A stretch of 64,000 bases of DNA from Parcubacteria group bacterium Athens0714_12 (GTDB taxonomy: Bacteria > Patescibacteriota > Patescibacteriia > UBA2591 > VMGY01), in NCBI GenBank assembly GCA_007378955.1, contig VMGY01000007.1, positions 8,644 through 72,643 on the forward strand, written 5' to 3'. The translations under genes were made by a program, and so were the position numbers. Positions 26,623 to 36,656 of this stretch are shown here, piece by piece (within the stretch, counting starts at the first letter, position 1; every line of letters begins with the position of its first letter). The notes beneath the pieces are model-generated. The model worked only from the letters and a program-made list of their open reading frames with translations. It ran no database searches and was not told where the DNA came from.

Positions 26623-27744
26623 ATGAAAAAAGATAAATTTAAAAAAATTTTAAAAGAAATATTGTCTTCGGCGGGAATAAAAATCAATGGTCGCAATCCT
26701 TGGGACATAAAAGTTCGTCACGAAAAATTTTATCAAAGAGTTTTAGTTCAGGGCTCTCTCGGCCTTGGCGAATCTTATATGGATAAATGGTGGGATTGCC
26801 AGAAAATTGACCAATTGTTTGAACGGATTTTTATTTTTCAATTGGAAGATAAAATTAAAAAAAATTGGGCGTTGATTTTTGAACTTTTAATAGCGAAGAT
26901 TTTTAACAGGCAATCAAAAAAGAGAGCGTTTCAAGTCGGGGAGAAGCATTATAATTTAGGCAACGAGCTCTATGAAAATATGCTTGATAAGCGGATGGTT
27001 TATACTTGCGCTTACTGGAAAGAGGCGCGTAATCTTGACCATGCCCAGGAAAATAAATTAGATTTAGTCTGCCGCAAATTAGGATTGCGAGAAGGAATGA
27101 AAATACTTGATATCGGCTGCGGTTGGGGGAGTTTTGCCAAATATGCCGCGGAAAAATACAAAGTTGAAGTAGTCGGGGTTACCGTCTCCGAGGAGCAAGT
27201 AAAACTCGGAAAAAAATTATGCCGAGGATTGCCGGTGGAAATCAGGCTACAAGATTACAGGGATATAAATGATAAGTTTGACCACGTTGTTTCTTTGGGC
27301 ATGTTTGAGCATGTTGGTTGTAAAAATTACCGGATATATATGGAAGTTGTCGAGCGATGCTTAAAGGACGAGGGATTGTTTTTATTGCATACCATTGGCG
27401 GGAACAAATCAAGAAATTTTGGCGAGGCATGGGTGGATAAATACATTTTTCCCAATTCAATGCTGCCTTCAATCAAGCAGATAGGATTATCAACCGAAGG
27501 ATTGTTTGTGATGGAAGATTGGCATAATTTTAGCGCTGATTACGACAAAACATTAATGGCTTGGTATGAAAATTTTGATAAAAATTGGCATAAGATAAAA
27601 TCAAATTACGACGAAAGATTTTGCAGGATGTGGAAATATTATTTATTGATAAGCGCCGGTGCGTTCCGTTCAAGGAATAATCAGTTATGGCAAATTGTTT
27701 TTTCCAAGAAAGGCGTTAGAGGAGGATATAAATCTATACGTTAA
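26623..27744 (+). CDS. cfa: Cyclopropane-fatty-acyl-phospholipid synthase
   Basis: GSLGLGESYM, HYNLGNELY, MVYTCAYW, LDIGCGWG, SLGMFEHVG, RMWKYYL. Confidence 0.96.
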   Translation: MKKDKFKKILKEILSSAGIKINGRNPWDIKVRHEKFYQRVLVQGSLGLGESYMDKWWDCQKIDQLFERIFIFQLEDKIKKNWALIFELLIAKIFNRQSKKRAFQVGEKHYNLGNELYENMLDKRMVYTCAYWKEARNLDHAQENKLDLVCRKLGLREGMKILDIGCGWGSFAKYAAEKYKVEVVGVTVSEEQVKLGKKLCRGLPVEIRLQDYRDINDKFDHVVSLGMFEHVGCKNYRIYMEVVERCLKDEGLFLLHTIGGNKSRNFGEAWVDKYIFPNSMLPSIKQIGLSTEGLFVMEDWHNFSADYDKTLMAWYENFDKNWHKIKSNYDERFCRMWKYYLLISAGAFRSRNNQLWQIVFSKKGVRGGYKSIR

Positions 27745-27802
27745 TTTAGAGCGGTTGTTTAAATTAAAAGTATTGTGTTATAATAAAAGAAAATATTTTT
27801 TT

Positions 27803-29170
27803 ATGAAAAGTATAAAATTCAAAATTATCTTTTTAGGTTTGGTAACGATAATGTTTTTAACTTCTGGTTTTGGCTGTAAATGGACCGAAAGCAGAATTAA
27901 GCAAACCTTGAAGCCGGTTAATTTGGTTATTTGGCGGGTTTGGGACGACGAGGATACTTTTAATGATATTCTGACCGCTTATAAACAAATTCACCCCAAT
28001 GTTACTTTTACTTATAAAAATCTTCGTTATGAAGAATATGAAAATGAGCTTTTAAAAGCCTGGGCTAAAGACGAGGGTCCTGATATTTTTTCTATTCCCA
28101 ATGCTTGGCTTAGAAAATATCAGGATTATATTGTTCCTTTGCCGGAAAAAATCACTCTTTCTTATAAAGAAACCTCTGGTTTTTTAAAAAAAGAAGTAAA
28201 GATTACGCAAAAAACTAAAAAAAGCCTATCTTTAAAAGATTTAAAAAGTAATTTTATAGACGTGGTTTATGATGACGCGGTTATTAGCGATAAAATTTAT
28301 GGTTTGCCGTTAAGCGTAGATACTTTGGCTTTATTTTATAATCGCGACCTTTTAAATCAAGCTCAAATTTCCGAAGCGCCGCAGAATTGGAATCAATTTA
28401 TTGAAGCGATAAAAAAATTAACCGTCCAAGATTATTTAGGCAATATAATTCAATCCGGCGCCGCTTTAGGAACAGCGAGCAATGTAAACAGAAACGTTGA
28501 TATTTTATCTTGCCTGATGTTGCAAACTGGAACAAAAATGGAAGACGGAAATAAAGTTGTTTTTGATAAGCATTCTGAAATATATAAAGATTATTTTCCC
28601 GGCGAAAGAGCTTTGGAATTTTATACCGATTTTGCCAATCCGAGCAAAGAAACATATACTTGGAATGAAAAAATGCCTGATTCTTTGCAAGCTTTTATTG
28701 AAGGGAAAACAGCTTTTTTCTTTGGCTATTCTTATCATCTTCTCCAAATCCAACAACAAGCGCCTAAGTTGAATTTTGACGTAACATTAATGCCTCAAAT
28801 TGAAAGCAGTGGCTACAAAGTAAATTATGCCAATTATTGGATAGAAACTGCCGCGAAAAAAACAAAATTTTCTAATGAGGCTTGGGATTTCATCCAGTTC
28901 GCGGCTTCGCAAGAGCAAGCGGACAAATTTCTTAGCCGCGCCAAAAAGCCGACCGCTTTAAGAAGTTTAATTGAAAAGCAATCAGAAGATTTTGATTTAA
29001 TGTCTTTTGCCAAACAGTTGCTTTCCGCTAAAAGCTGGTATCATGGCAAAGATTTTAACGCCGTGGAAGAAATTTTTAAAGAAATGATTAATCAAACTCT
29101 CAAGGGAGAATTATCCGTGAAAGATATAGTTAAATTGGGAGTGCAAAAGGTTAATCAAACATACAAATAA
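27803..29170 (+). CDS. Extracellular solute-binding lipoprotein
   Basis: Lipobox-like TSGFGC, GPDIF, YGLPLSVDTLALFYNRDL, AWDFIQF; start reset to ATG 27803. Confidence 0.88.
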   Translation: MKSIKFKIIFLGLVTIMFLTSGFGCKWTESRIKQTLKPVNLVIWRVWDDEDTFNDILTAYKQIHPNVTFTYKNLRYEEYENELLKAWAKDEGPDIFSIPNAWLRKYQDYIVPLPEKITLSYKETSGFLKKEVKITQKTKKSLSLKDLKSNFIDVVYDDAVISDKIYGLPLSVDTLALFYNRDLLNQAQISEAPQNWNQFIEAIKKLTVQDYLGNIIQSGAALGTASNVNRNVDILSCLMLQTGTKMEDGNKVVFDKHSEIYKDYFPGERALEFYTDFANPSKETYTWNEKMPDSLQAFIEGKTAFFFGYSYHLLQIQQQAPKLNFDVTLMPQIESSGYKVNYANYWIETAAKKTKFSNEAWDFIQFAASQEQADKFLSRAKKPTALRSLIEKQSEDFDLMSFAKQLLSAKSWYHGKDFNAVEEIFKEMINQTLKGELSVKDIVKLGVQKVNQTYK

Positions 29171-29203
29171 CCCATAACTGACAACTTACAACTTACAACT
29201 AAA

Positions 29204-29710
29204 ATGACAAAAAAACTAAAAAATAAAAAAATTAAAATTATTTACTTTACTTTAAGTTTCTTATTATTTACTTTTTTATTTTTTAGCGCCGCGCCTATTT
29301 TTGCCCAGGAGCCGCAAGGAATTTTTTCCGACGTGCCTTGTTTTAGGCCGGCCGGGGAGTGCGTTAGCGCGCCCGGCGAACCTTCGCCATGCGAATGCGG
29401 TTTATGCGATTTTCTTTACGTTCTCCTTAAAGTCGCTAATTGGGGTTTAAACGGCATTGGCGCCTTAGCTTTGCTTTTTTTTGTCTTCGGCGGCCTTGTC
29501 TGGCTCACTTCCGCCGGCGATAAAAATCGCGTGGCCGCCGGCAAGAAAATTTTGACAGGAACCGCGCTAGGGATTATAATAATTTTAAGCGCTTATCTGG
29601 TTATAAATTTTACTATTTCCACTTTGACCGGAAAACCGGGACAATTTTATATTAAAAGCGACCAATTAAAAGAATGGTATAATGTCTGTGAAATTAAACC
29701 AAATCAATAA
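29204..29710 (+). CDS. TrbC/VirB2-type pilin
   Basis: Signal peptide, CGLCDF, FGGLVWLTSAG...V..GKKIL...ALG. Confidence 0.8.
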   Translation: MTKKLKNKKIKIIYFTLSFLLFTFLFFSAAPIFAQEPQGIFSDVPCFRPAGECVSAPGEPSPCECGLCDFLYVLLKVANWGLNGIGALALLFFVFGGLVWLTSAGDKNRVAAGKKILTGTALGIIIILSAYLVINFTISTLTGKPGQFYIKSDQLKEWYNVCEIKPNQ

Positions 29711-30056
29711 AAATTTTCTAAAAAAAATTATTTCTTTAATTTTAATAATTATCTTTTTTAATTTGTTTCTTATTCAAATTGACGCCCAGGAAACCCTGCC
29801 AAATCCCATTGGCACGACGGATATTAAAGAATTAATTGCTAGAATTATTACTACTATTTTAGGATTGACCGGCGCGATTGCTTTGGTTTTGTTTGTTTAT
29901 GGCGGGTTGGTTTGGATGACTTCCGGCGGCAGTTCGGAAAAGATAAAAGAGGGAAAAAATATTTTAGTTTGGGCAATATTGGGATTAGTGGTGATTTTTA
30001 CCAGTTATATTATTCTTAATTTTGTTTTTGAAACTTTAGAAAAGGTGACAAAATAA
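29682..30056 (+). CDS. TrbC/VirB2-type pilin
   Basis: LPNPIG, YGGLVWMTSGG..EKI..GK..L.WAILG. Confidence 0.82.
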   Translation: MSVKLNQINKNFLKKIISLILIIIFFNLFLIQIDAQETLPNPIGTTDIKELIARIITTILGLTGAIALVLFVYGGLVWMTSGGSSEKIKEGKNILVWAILGLVVIFTSYIILNFVFETLEKVTK

Positions 30057-30126
30057 ATAATAATTTGCGCGAATTCACATTGAATTTATAGAATGTTGCA
30101 ATTTTTATGAGAGGGGGTGAAAAAAA

Positions 30127-30495
30127 ATGACAAAAAAATATTTATTAGCTGGAATTTTAAGCTTAAGTTTAATGGTTGTGTTAGCTGTGCCCGTGTTAGT
30201 CGGAGCCCAGGATATCGTTGATTGGGATAAAGTGGACGTTGGCTTGAGTAGAAGAGATTTAATTGAGGTAGTTAACGCTGTGATTAGAATTGTTTTAAGC
30301 TTTTTGGGAATAATCGCGGTGGTGATTATTTTGATTGGCGGATTTAATTGGATGACTTCCGGCGGCAGTCAAGAGAAGATAGATGGGGCGAGAAAGGCAA
30401 TAAGCGCGGGCGCGATAGGCTTGGTAATCATATTTACGGCTTACGCGATTGCTTACTTTGTTATTGAACAATTGGCCAGTGTAACCGCTGAATAA
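30127..30495 (+). CDS. TrbC/VirB2-type pilin
   Basis: GGFNWMTSGGSQEKI..A.K.I..GAIGL; GAGGGGGTGA SD. Confidence 0.82.
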   Translation: MTKKYLLAGILSLSLMVVLAVPVLVGAQDIVDWDKVDVGLSRRDLIEVVNAVIRIVLSFLGIIAVVIILIGGFNWMTSGGSQEKIDGARKAISAGAIGLVIIFTAYAIAYFVIEQLASVTAE

Positions 30496-30504
30496 AATTA
30501 ATTT

Positions 30505-30921
30505 ATGAAGAAATTTTTATCTTTTTGGCTGTATAAAGTATTTTTAATTATACTTTTTACGGGTTTAATTTTGCCGGTTTTCGCGGCTGATGACCATGGT
30601 TTGACGGATATGGCGGAAAAAACAGGATTATATACTTCAAGGACTGATGTATATCTTTTGGTGAGCCAGATAATAAATTTGATTTTGAGTTTTTTGGGTT
30701 TAATAACTGTCATTATAATATTTGTGGCAGGTTTTCAGTGGCTCACTTCCGGCGGAAATTCCGAAACAATTCAAAAGGCCAAAGGGAATATTACCAATGC
30801 CGTAATAGGACTGATAATCATTTTATCCGCTTTAAGTATCAGTATTTTTATAACCGATCAGATAAAAATAGCCACCGGAGTGGAAGGTTCGCGAGGCGGC
30901 AGAGGAATATTGCAGCAATAA
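30505..30921 (+). CDS. TrbC/VirB2-type pilin
   Basis: AGFQWLTSGGN.E.IQKAK..I.NAVIGL. Confidence 0.82.
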   Translation: MKKFLSFWLYKVFLIILFTGLILPVFAADDHGLTDMAEKTGLYTSRTDVYLLVSQIINLILSFLGLITVIIIFVAGFQWLTSGGNSETIQKAKGNITNAVIGLIIILSALSISIFITDQIKIATGVEGSRGGRGILQQ

Positions 30922-30992
30922 ATAAAATTTGTTTTCATAAAAAAATACTCCAACTTTGTTAAGTCGGAGTATTTTATTTTTTTTATCTTCTC

Positions 30993-31487
30993 TTATAGAA
31001 TATATCTCCAGTCGCATATAATGCCGTTGTGAATAATGCCCCCCTTTTTATTTTTAATAATTTTTTTATCAATATATAGTTTTTTTCTATGGCCGTCGCC
31101 CCCATAATATTCAGAATAAAAGTATACTTCTACCTCAGAATTTTCTTTAGGTAAAAGTATTTTAGCGATTTGATACTTTCCCGCTTTAACTTTGTATTCC
31201 CCGCCGAAAGAAGTTCTGACTTTGATGGTATAATTCCACGGGTTAACGATTACACCAATCAGACAATCCACTTCTTTAGAGGCACTAGAGGCGCTGATTT
31301 CTCCATTTTTTGTCATCCTCATAATAGCGTCAGCCGAAGCCACGTCTATCGGGTCTTCAGTCCCAAGCCCTCTTCTTAAATATTCTGTTTCTATTGAGCC
31401 GTCCGGCGAGCTTTTCATTTTTAGCGTGCTGGAACAACCAGTAACAATCAATAAAAAAACCAAAAGAAAGACAATTTTACTTTTCAT
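30993..31487 (-). CDS. Hypothetical lipoprotein
   Basis: Lipobox VTGC; SD AAGGAGGTGA; TTGACA-17-TATTAT promoter. Confidence 0.7.
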   Translation of the reverse strand: MKSKIVFLLVFLLIVTGCSSTLKMKSSPDGSIETEYLRRGLGTEDPIDVASADAIMRMTKNGEISASSASKEVDCLIGVIVNPWNYTIKVRTSFGGEYKVKAGKYQIAKILLPKENSEVEVYFYSEYYGGDGHRKKLYIDKKIIKNKKGGIIHNGIICDWRYIL

Positions 31488-31567
31488 TTTTTCACCTCCT
31501 TAATTTTTGATTTTGAAGAACATTTTTTAATTAAAATAATAACAGAAATTTATATTTTTGTCAAATA

Positions 31568-32278
31568 TTATCCCTTGGCCAAGACCAAGCCCCAAACATT
31601 TTTAAAACCCGCTTTTTTAAGAATTTTAGCCGCTTCCCTTAAAGTGGAGCCAGTCGTGGTTACATCGTCAATTAAGATAATTTTTTTATAAAGCGTTTCT
31701 TGAGGAAGCGAGAATGAGATGGAAAAAATATTTTTTACATTTTTTTGCCGTTCTTTTCTTTTTAATTTGGTTTGCGGTTTAGTATTTTTTATTCGTTTCA
31801 AAATTCCGGCCGCCGTTTTTATTTTAAAAAAAGTTCCAATTTCTTCGGCTAAAAGTTCGCTTTGGTTAAAACCGCGCCAGCTAAAGCGTTTTTTATGCAA
31901 GGGAATCGGAACGATTAAAAAATCGTCTTTTTCGGATAAATCAAATTGTCGCAAAAAATTGATTAAAATTTTCCCCAATGGTCTTGATAGGTCAAAAGCA
32001 AAATTATATTTAAAAATTTTGATTGATTTGTTTAATAAAATATTTTCATAAGAAGAAGCGATTAAAATGCCGTCTAATTCACAGGATGAAGTTTTTGAAT
32101 TACTGAAAGAATTAAAAAAATCCCCAGCTTGAGGAAAGAAAAATTTTTGGTTGACAGGGATGTTATTCAAGCATTTTTCACACAACCAGACATCCGCCTT
32201 GCCGCATCCTATACAGGAAATGGGGAATAATAAGTCTAAAAAATATTTTTTTATATTTTGAAGTTTTTTTATTATCAA
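31568..32278 (-). CDS. comF: ComF family amidophosphoribosyltransferase-like protein
   Basis: FP..C.GC....LC..C, VPIPLH..R...RGFNQ, ILIDDVTTTGSTL. Confidence 0.93.
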   Translation of the reverse strand: MIIKKLQNIKKYFLDLLFPISCIGCGKADVWLCEKCLNNIPVNQKFFFPQAGDFFNSFSNSKTSSCELDGILIASSYENILLNKSIKIFKYNFAFDLSRPLGKILINFLRQFDLSEKDDFLIVPIPLHKKRFSWRGFNQSELLAEEIGTFFKIKTAAGILKRIKNTKPQTKLKRKERQKNVKNIFSISFSLPQETLYKKIILIDDVTTTGSTLREAAKILKKAGFKNVWGLVLAKG

Positions 32279-32279
32279 A

Positions 32280-33173
32280 TTAATTTTTTATCATTTTTCT
32301 TAAAGCATTCACCCTTTCTTCAATCGGCGGGTGAGTGGAGAAAAGTTTTGTCAGCCATGACTTTTTTTTGCCGAAAGGACTGGCGATATATAAATGCGCG
32401 GTCGCGTTAGAAGCTTTTTGAACAGGAGGAGATTGGGAAATTTTTTCCAACGCTCTTGCCAATCCCTCGGGATAACGGGTTAAAAGGGCGGCGTCGGCGT
32501 CGGCTAAAAATTCTCTTTTGCGGGAAATAGTTAATTGGATAATTTGGGCGATTAAAGGGGAAAGAATCGCCAGAATTAAACCGATTATTAAGAAGATGGC
32601 CATAATTTGTCCGCCCTCCTTGCCGCGCCTTCTGTTTCCGCCCCAAAGAAAACTTCTCATCATCCAATCGGAAAGGAGTACGATAACGCCGGCTAAAACC
32701 GCCGTAATGGTCATTAATTTAATATCAAAATTTTTTATATGGGAAAGTTCGTGGCTGATTACGCCCTCCAATTCTTCATTTTCTAATTTTTCCACGATGC
32801 CGGTGGTTAAGGCGATTGAACTGCGCCGAGGGTCTCGGCCGCAGGCAAAAGCATTCATTGCTTGGTCGGGAATAAGATAAATTTTAGGCGCGGGTAAGCC
32901 GGCGGCAATGCATAAATTTTCTACTAAGCGATAAACATATGGATTTTCTTCTTTTTTTATTGGCTTGGCGCCGCTGACCGACAAAGCTATTTTATCCCCT
33001 TTATAATAGCTAACCAAAGCCATCATTAAAGAAATAACTATTGCCATTATCAAGCCGCCATAGCCATAACCGGTTATTTTGCCGAAAATCCATCCCAAGA
33101 GCAGGATAAAAAGAATAAAAAAGAAAATGAGGAAAAAAGATTTTCTTTTATTGGAAGTAATTTGGGAATACAT
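32280..33173 (-). CDS. htpX: Zinc metalloprotease HtpX (M48)
   Basis: NAFACGR, GVISHELSHI, SRKREFLADA, FSTHPP...R. Confidence 0.95.
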   Translation of the reverse strand: MYSQITSNKRKSFFLIFFFILFILLLGWIFGKITGYGYGGLIMAIVISLMMALVSYYKGDKIALSVSGAKPIKKEENPYVYRLVENLCIAAGLPAPKIYLIPDQAMNAFACGRDPRRSSIALTTGIVEKLENEELEGVISHELSHIKNFDIKLMTITAVLAGVIVLLSDWMMRSFLWGGNRRRGKEGGQIMAIFLIIGLILAILSPLIAQIIQLTISRKREFLADADAALLTRYPEGLARALEKISQSPPVQKASNATAHLYIASPFGKKKSWLTKLFSTHPPIEERVNALRKMIKN

Positions 33174-33290
33174 AGGAGTAATTGCTTATTGCTAATTGAA
33201 TAAAATTAAAAAAATATAACTAACTATTAACAATTATCAATAATAATATATATTTATTTTAATTCTATTGTGGTATAATGTTATTGTCAA

Positions 33291-33606
33291 TCCCGCACCT
33301 TTTAAGCACTAAGCTATGCATTGGGTTTATTATCAAAAGTAAAAAGAATAATTTATTATATATTGGCAGCACTCTTAATTTAGAAAAAAGATTTAAAGAG
33401 TTTTGTAACCATCTCAAAGAACATAATGAAGGGAAATCATTGTCAACTAAAAAATATAAACCTTGGGTTTTAGTTTATGCCGAATGTTATTTTTTAAAAG
33501 AAGATGCTTTATCTCGTGAACGAAATCTAAAATATTTTGGAAAAATTTACGCCCAACTTAAAAGAAGAATAAAAAATAGCATTCAGGGTGCTTAAGAGGT
33601 GCGGGA
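33291..33606 (+). mobile_element. 316-bp TIR element carrying a degenerate GIY-YIG gene, TCAA duplication
   Basis: tcccgcaccttttaagcac (33291-33309) / gtgcttaagaggtgcggga (33588-33606), 18/19; TCAA at 33287-33290 and 33607-33610. Confidence 0.82.
33316..33595 (+). pseudogene. Small GIY-YIG nuclease, probably frameshifted near its start
   Basis: ATG CAT TGG GTT TAT (MHWVY) is out of frame with IIKS....LYIGST.NLEKR...HNEG...STKKYKPW.LVY.E...A..RE..LK; a 2-nt loss explains it. Confidence 0.7.
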
Positions 33607-33635
33607 TCAATAACTTTATGCTATAATATTTATAT

Positions 33636-34697
33636 ATGAGTATTTTATCGTTTAAAGAAAAAAGTTATTTAGGAGTTGATTTAGGAAGGGGAAGTATTAA
33701 AGTAGTGGAAATGAAAAATGAAAAAGGCAAACCGCAGCTTGTAACTTATGGTTATATAGAAAAAGGAATTGATTTTATTAAAGACGACTCTGAAGATAAA
33801 ATAAAGCAAGCAGCTTTTTACTTGAAAGAAGTTTGCCAAAAATCTCGTGTCGCCACTTCGCAAGTTATCGCTTCTTTGCCGGGATTTTCTGTTTTTAGCG
33901 CCGTGATTAATTTGCCTGTTATGCCGCATAAAGAATTAGTTTCCGCCATTTATTGGGAGGCTAAAAAGTTTATTCCCTTGCCCATAGAAGAAGTGGTTTT
34001 GGATTGGAAAATATTAGAAAATTTAGATAGCCATGACGTTCAAAAAAATGGGAATAATAAAAAAAATTTTAAAATTTTATTAACCGCCGCTTCTCGGAAA
34101 TTAGTTAAAAAATATTTAGAATTATTTAAATTAGCTAATCTGGAATTAATGAGCTTGGAAACAGAGGTTTTTGCCTTGACCCGTTCTCTGATCGGGTACG
34201 ACCCTTCCACGATTATGATTTGCGATATCGGAGCCAAAGTTTCCGATGTGATTATAGTTGAAAATAGCATTCCTGTTTTAAATAGAAGTTTCAACATCGG
34301 CGGAGAATCCATCACAAAAACTATCGCTTCAAATTTAAATATTGATTTTAAAAGAGCGGAACAATTCAAGGTTGATATTGGATTAAACAGCCAGGGCGAC
34401 GGAGTAATTCCGAAAGTAATAGAAGATATTTTAACATCAATAATTAATGAGATTAATTATACGATAGAGCTTTATCAGAGCCAGGGCGCGAAAAAGATAG
34501 AAAAGATAATTTTAACCGGCGGTTCCGCTTTTTTGCCCAATTTATCTTCTTATTTTTCCGAAATTACTAATTTAAAAACATTAATAGGCGATCCTTGGTC
34601 AAGGGTGATTTATCCGTTAGAATTAAAACCGGTCTTAGAAGAATTAGGTCCAAGATTAGCGGTGGCTATTGGTTTAGCGATGAGGGAAGTAGTGTAA
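33636..34697 (+). CDS. pilM: Type IV pilus assembly protein PilM
   Basis: LGVDLG..SIKVVE, EAKKFIPLP..EV.LDW, DIGA, IILTGGSA, AVAIGLAMR. Confidence 0.93.
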   Translation: MSILSFKEKSYLGVDLGRGSIKVVEMKNEKGKPQLVTYGYIEKGIDFIKDDSEDKIKQAAFYLKEVCQKSRVATSQVIASLPGFSVFSAVINLPVMPHKELVSAIYWEAKKFIPLPIEEVVLDWKILENLDSHDVQKNGNNKKNFKILLTAASRKLVKKYLELFKLANLELMSLETEVFALTRSLIGYDPSTIMICDIGAKVSDVIIVENSIPVLNRSFNIGGESITKTIASNLNIDFKRAEQFKVDIGLNSQGDGVIPKVIEDILTSIINEINYTIELYQSQGAKKIEKIILTGGSAFLPNLSSYFSEITNLKTLIGDPWSRVIYPLELKPVLEELGPRLAVAIGLAMREVV

Positions 34698-34739
34698 ATG
34701 TCTAATAATCATTAGGATTTAGGATTTAATATTATTTTT

Positions 34740-35756
34740 ATGTCCAAAAAAGACATTAATTTATTACCCGAAGATCTTCGGGGGAGAATAAAAATTAATA
34801 CACCCAAAATAAAAATTGAGAAAAGTTTTGAATTGAACGACCCTCAAAAGTCAGAAAAGTTTAAGAATGATAAAATTGAACTTAAAAAAACTTCTCCCAC
34901 CCCTATTTTTACTGAAATCAAAGAAGTTGAAGATATCGCCCCGCTGCCTGGAAAAGAGAGCAGTCGTGAAGAAAAAACAGAAAAGAAAAAAGAATTTTCT
35001 TCTGAAAATGATTTAAAATATCCGGAAGAGAAAACAGAAAATAAAGGCGAAAGCGGCAAAAAAGGAGTTTTAATTATTTCTAAAAAAAAGCCAAATATTT
35101 TTTCTAAATTAAGGCTCATTTTTTCTAAATTTGAAAAAGAAAATTTTTCTTTCAAGAAATTATTTGATTTAACAAAGAAAAAGGATAAGCGCCACTTCCA
35201 TTTAGATGTCAATTTAATTTTTAAAGAAAACGAGTTTTTAAAATCAAAAGAAAAAGAAATATTAGTCAAGATTTATTTAGAAATTATCGCAAGTTTATTT
35301 ATAGTTTTTATTTTTTATTTTTATTTAATTTTTTTAGAATGGAAAATAGGAGACGAAGGCAAAAAAACCGAAGGAGAAATATTAAAAATAGAAGCTCAGA
35401 TAAATAATTTTAAAAAAGAGGAAAAAGATTTGCTTAGCATCCAAGAAAAATTTTTATACGTTAAAGACTTATTTGAAAAACATATTTATTGGACGAAATT
35501 TTTTGATTTTTTAGAAAAATACACCCTTTCCGATGTTTATTACAGTAAATTTGAATATTCTTTAGACAATCCACTTGAATTATCCGGCATCGCCAAGAAC
35601 TCGGAAACTTTAGCGCGCCAAGTCATTTCTCTCCGCAACGCCTCTGATTTTATAGAAAAATTAGAAATAAAACAAATTGACATATTAAAAGAAAAAGAAG
35701 TTTCTTTTGTGTTAAATATAATTTTAGCGCCTGATATTTTTTTAATTAAAGATTAA
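34740..35756 (+). CDS. PilN-like protein with long charged N-terminal extension
   Basis: INLLP start, single TM, H.YWTKFF..LE..T..DV.Y; between pilM and pilO. Confidence 0.7.
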   Translation: MSKKDINLLPEDLRGRIKINTPKIKIEKSFELNDPQKSEKFKNDKIELKKTSPTPIFTEIKEVEDIAPLPGKESSREEKTEKKKEFSSENDLKYPEEKTENKGESGKKGVLIISKKKPNIFSKLRLIFSKFEKENFSFKKLFDLTKKKDKRHFHLDVNLIFKENEFLKSKEKEILVKIYLEIIASLFIVFIFYFYLIFLEWKIGDEGKKTEGEILKIEAQINNFKKEEKDLLSIQEKFLYVKDLFEKHIYWTKFFDFLEKYTLSDVYYSKFEYSLDNPLELSGIAKNSETLARQVISLRNASDFIEKLEIKQIDILKEKEVSFVLNIILAPDIFLIKD

Positions 35757-35757
35757 A

Positions 35758-36315
35758 ATGGAAATAAAAAATAAATTTAAAAATTTTTTAGTTGCTAATT
35801 TTGGCTTATTTAGTTTTATTATCCCTTTGGTTCTTTTATCTTTCAGCTATTTTTATTTATTAGCGCCAAAATATGCTTATTTAAAAGAGATAGGCGGTTT
35901 GACTTTGCAATCTTTAAAGGAAGCAGTTTTAACTAAAGGCGAATATTTATCAAATTTAAAAGAATTAAAAGAAGTTTATAATCGCTTGAGCGATGACGAA
36001 AAAGAGAGATTAAAACAAATTCTTCCTAAAAATAAAGATATTACGAATTTATTCATTCATTTTGAAAACTTGGTTGAGAAAAACGGGCTGGAGTTAGGCG
36101 GGATAAATTTTACTGACTTAAAGTCGGAGGGAAAGATCAAAATTTTAAATATTAAATTGTCTTTAAAAGGCGGCAATTATCAAATTTTTAAGAAATTTTT
36201 ACAAAATTTGGAAAAAGACGTGAAAATATTAGATGTCAATTCGGTTAATTTTTCTGTAGACGGCTATGATTTAAGCATCAATACTTATTATTTGGAAGAT
36301 TCTTCCGGGCAATAA
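35758..36315 (+). CDS. pilO: Type IV pilus protein PilO
   Basis: TM, coiled coil, ILP, G.Y..FK.FL..LE...IL.V. Confidence 0.75.
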   Translation: MEIKNKFKNFLVANFGLFSFIIPLVLLSFSYFYLLAPKYAYLKEIGGLTLQSLKEAVLTKGEYLSNLKELKEVYNRLSDDEKERLKQILPKNKDITNLFIHFENLVEKNGLELGGINFTDLKSEGKIKILNIKLSLKGGNYQIFKKFLQNLEKDVKILDVNSVNFSVDGYDLSINTYYLEDSSGQ

Positions 36316-36342
36316 TTTGATTAATAAGATAAATAATTTAGA

Positions 36343-36645
36343 ATGTCTATTCAACAAGTAATTAATAAAAAGAGACAAAAGATGGAAATAACGGCTTTAG
36401 TCGTTCTTTTGGTTGTAATTATTTTTTTTGTTTATAAAAATTTTTTAGAAAAAAATTTTGTTTATGAAAAAGCGGAAAAAATAGGATTTATTGAATCGCC
36501 GCAAACAGAGCTCTATCCGCCTTTTTCAATCAAGATTTCAGATGTTTTGAACAACTCTAAATTTAATAGCCTAAAAGTTTTTAGCCGGCTGATAGAAGAT
36601 TCGGGTTTAGCCGGCAACCCGAACCCTTTCGTGCCTTTTAAATAG
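36343..36645 (+). CDS. Hypothetical membrane protein at the pilP position
   Basis: One TM, C-terminal GNPNPF motif. Confidence 0.65.
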   Translation: MSIQQVINKKRQKMEITALVVLLVVIIFFVYKNFLEKNFVYEKAEKIGFIESPQTELYPPFSIKISDVLNNSKFNSLKVFSRLIEDSGLAGNPNPFVPFK

Positions 36646-36656
36646 CAATATTATTT

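Noticed and set aside
27659-27802. Extension of the solute-binding protein overlapping cfa
   Set aside because: The lipoprotein signal peptide starts at ATG 27803.
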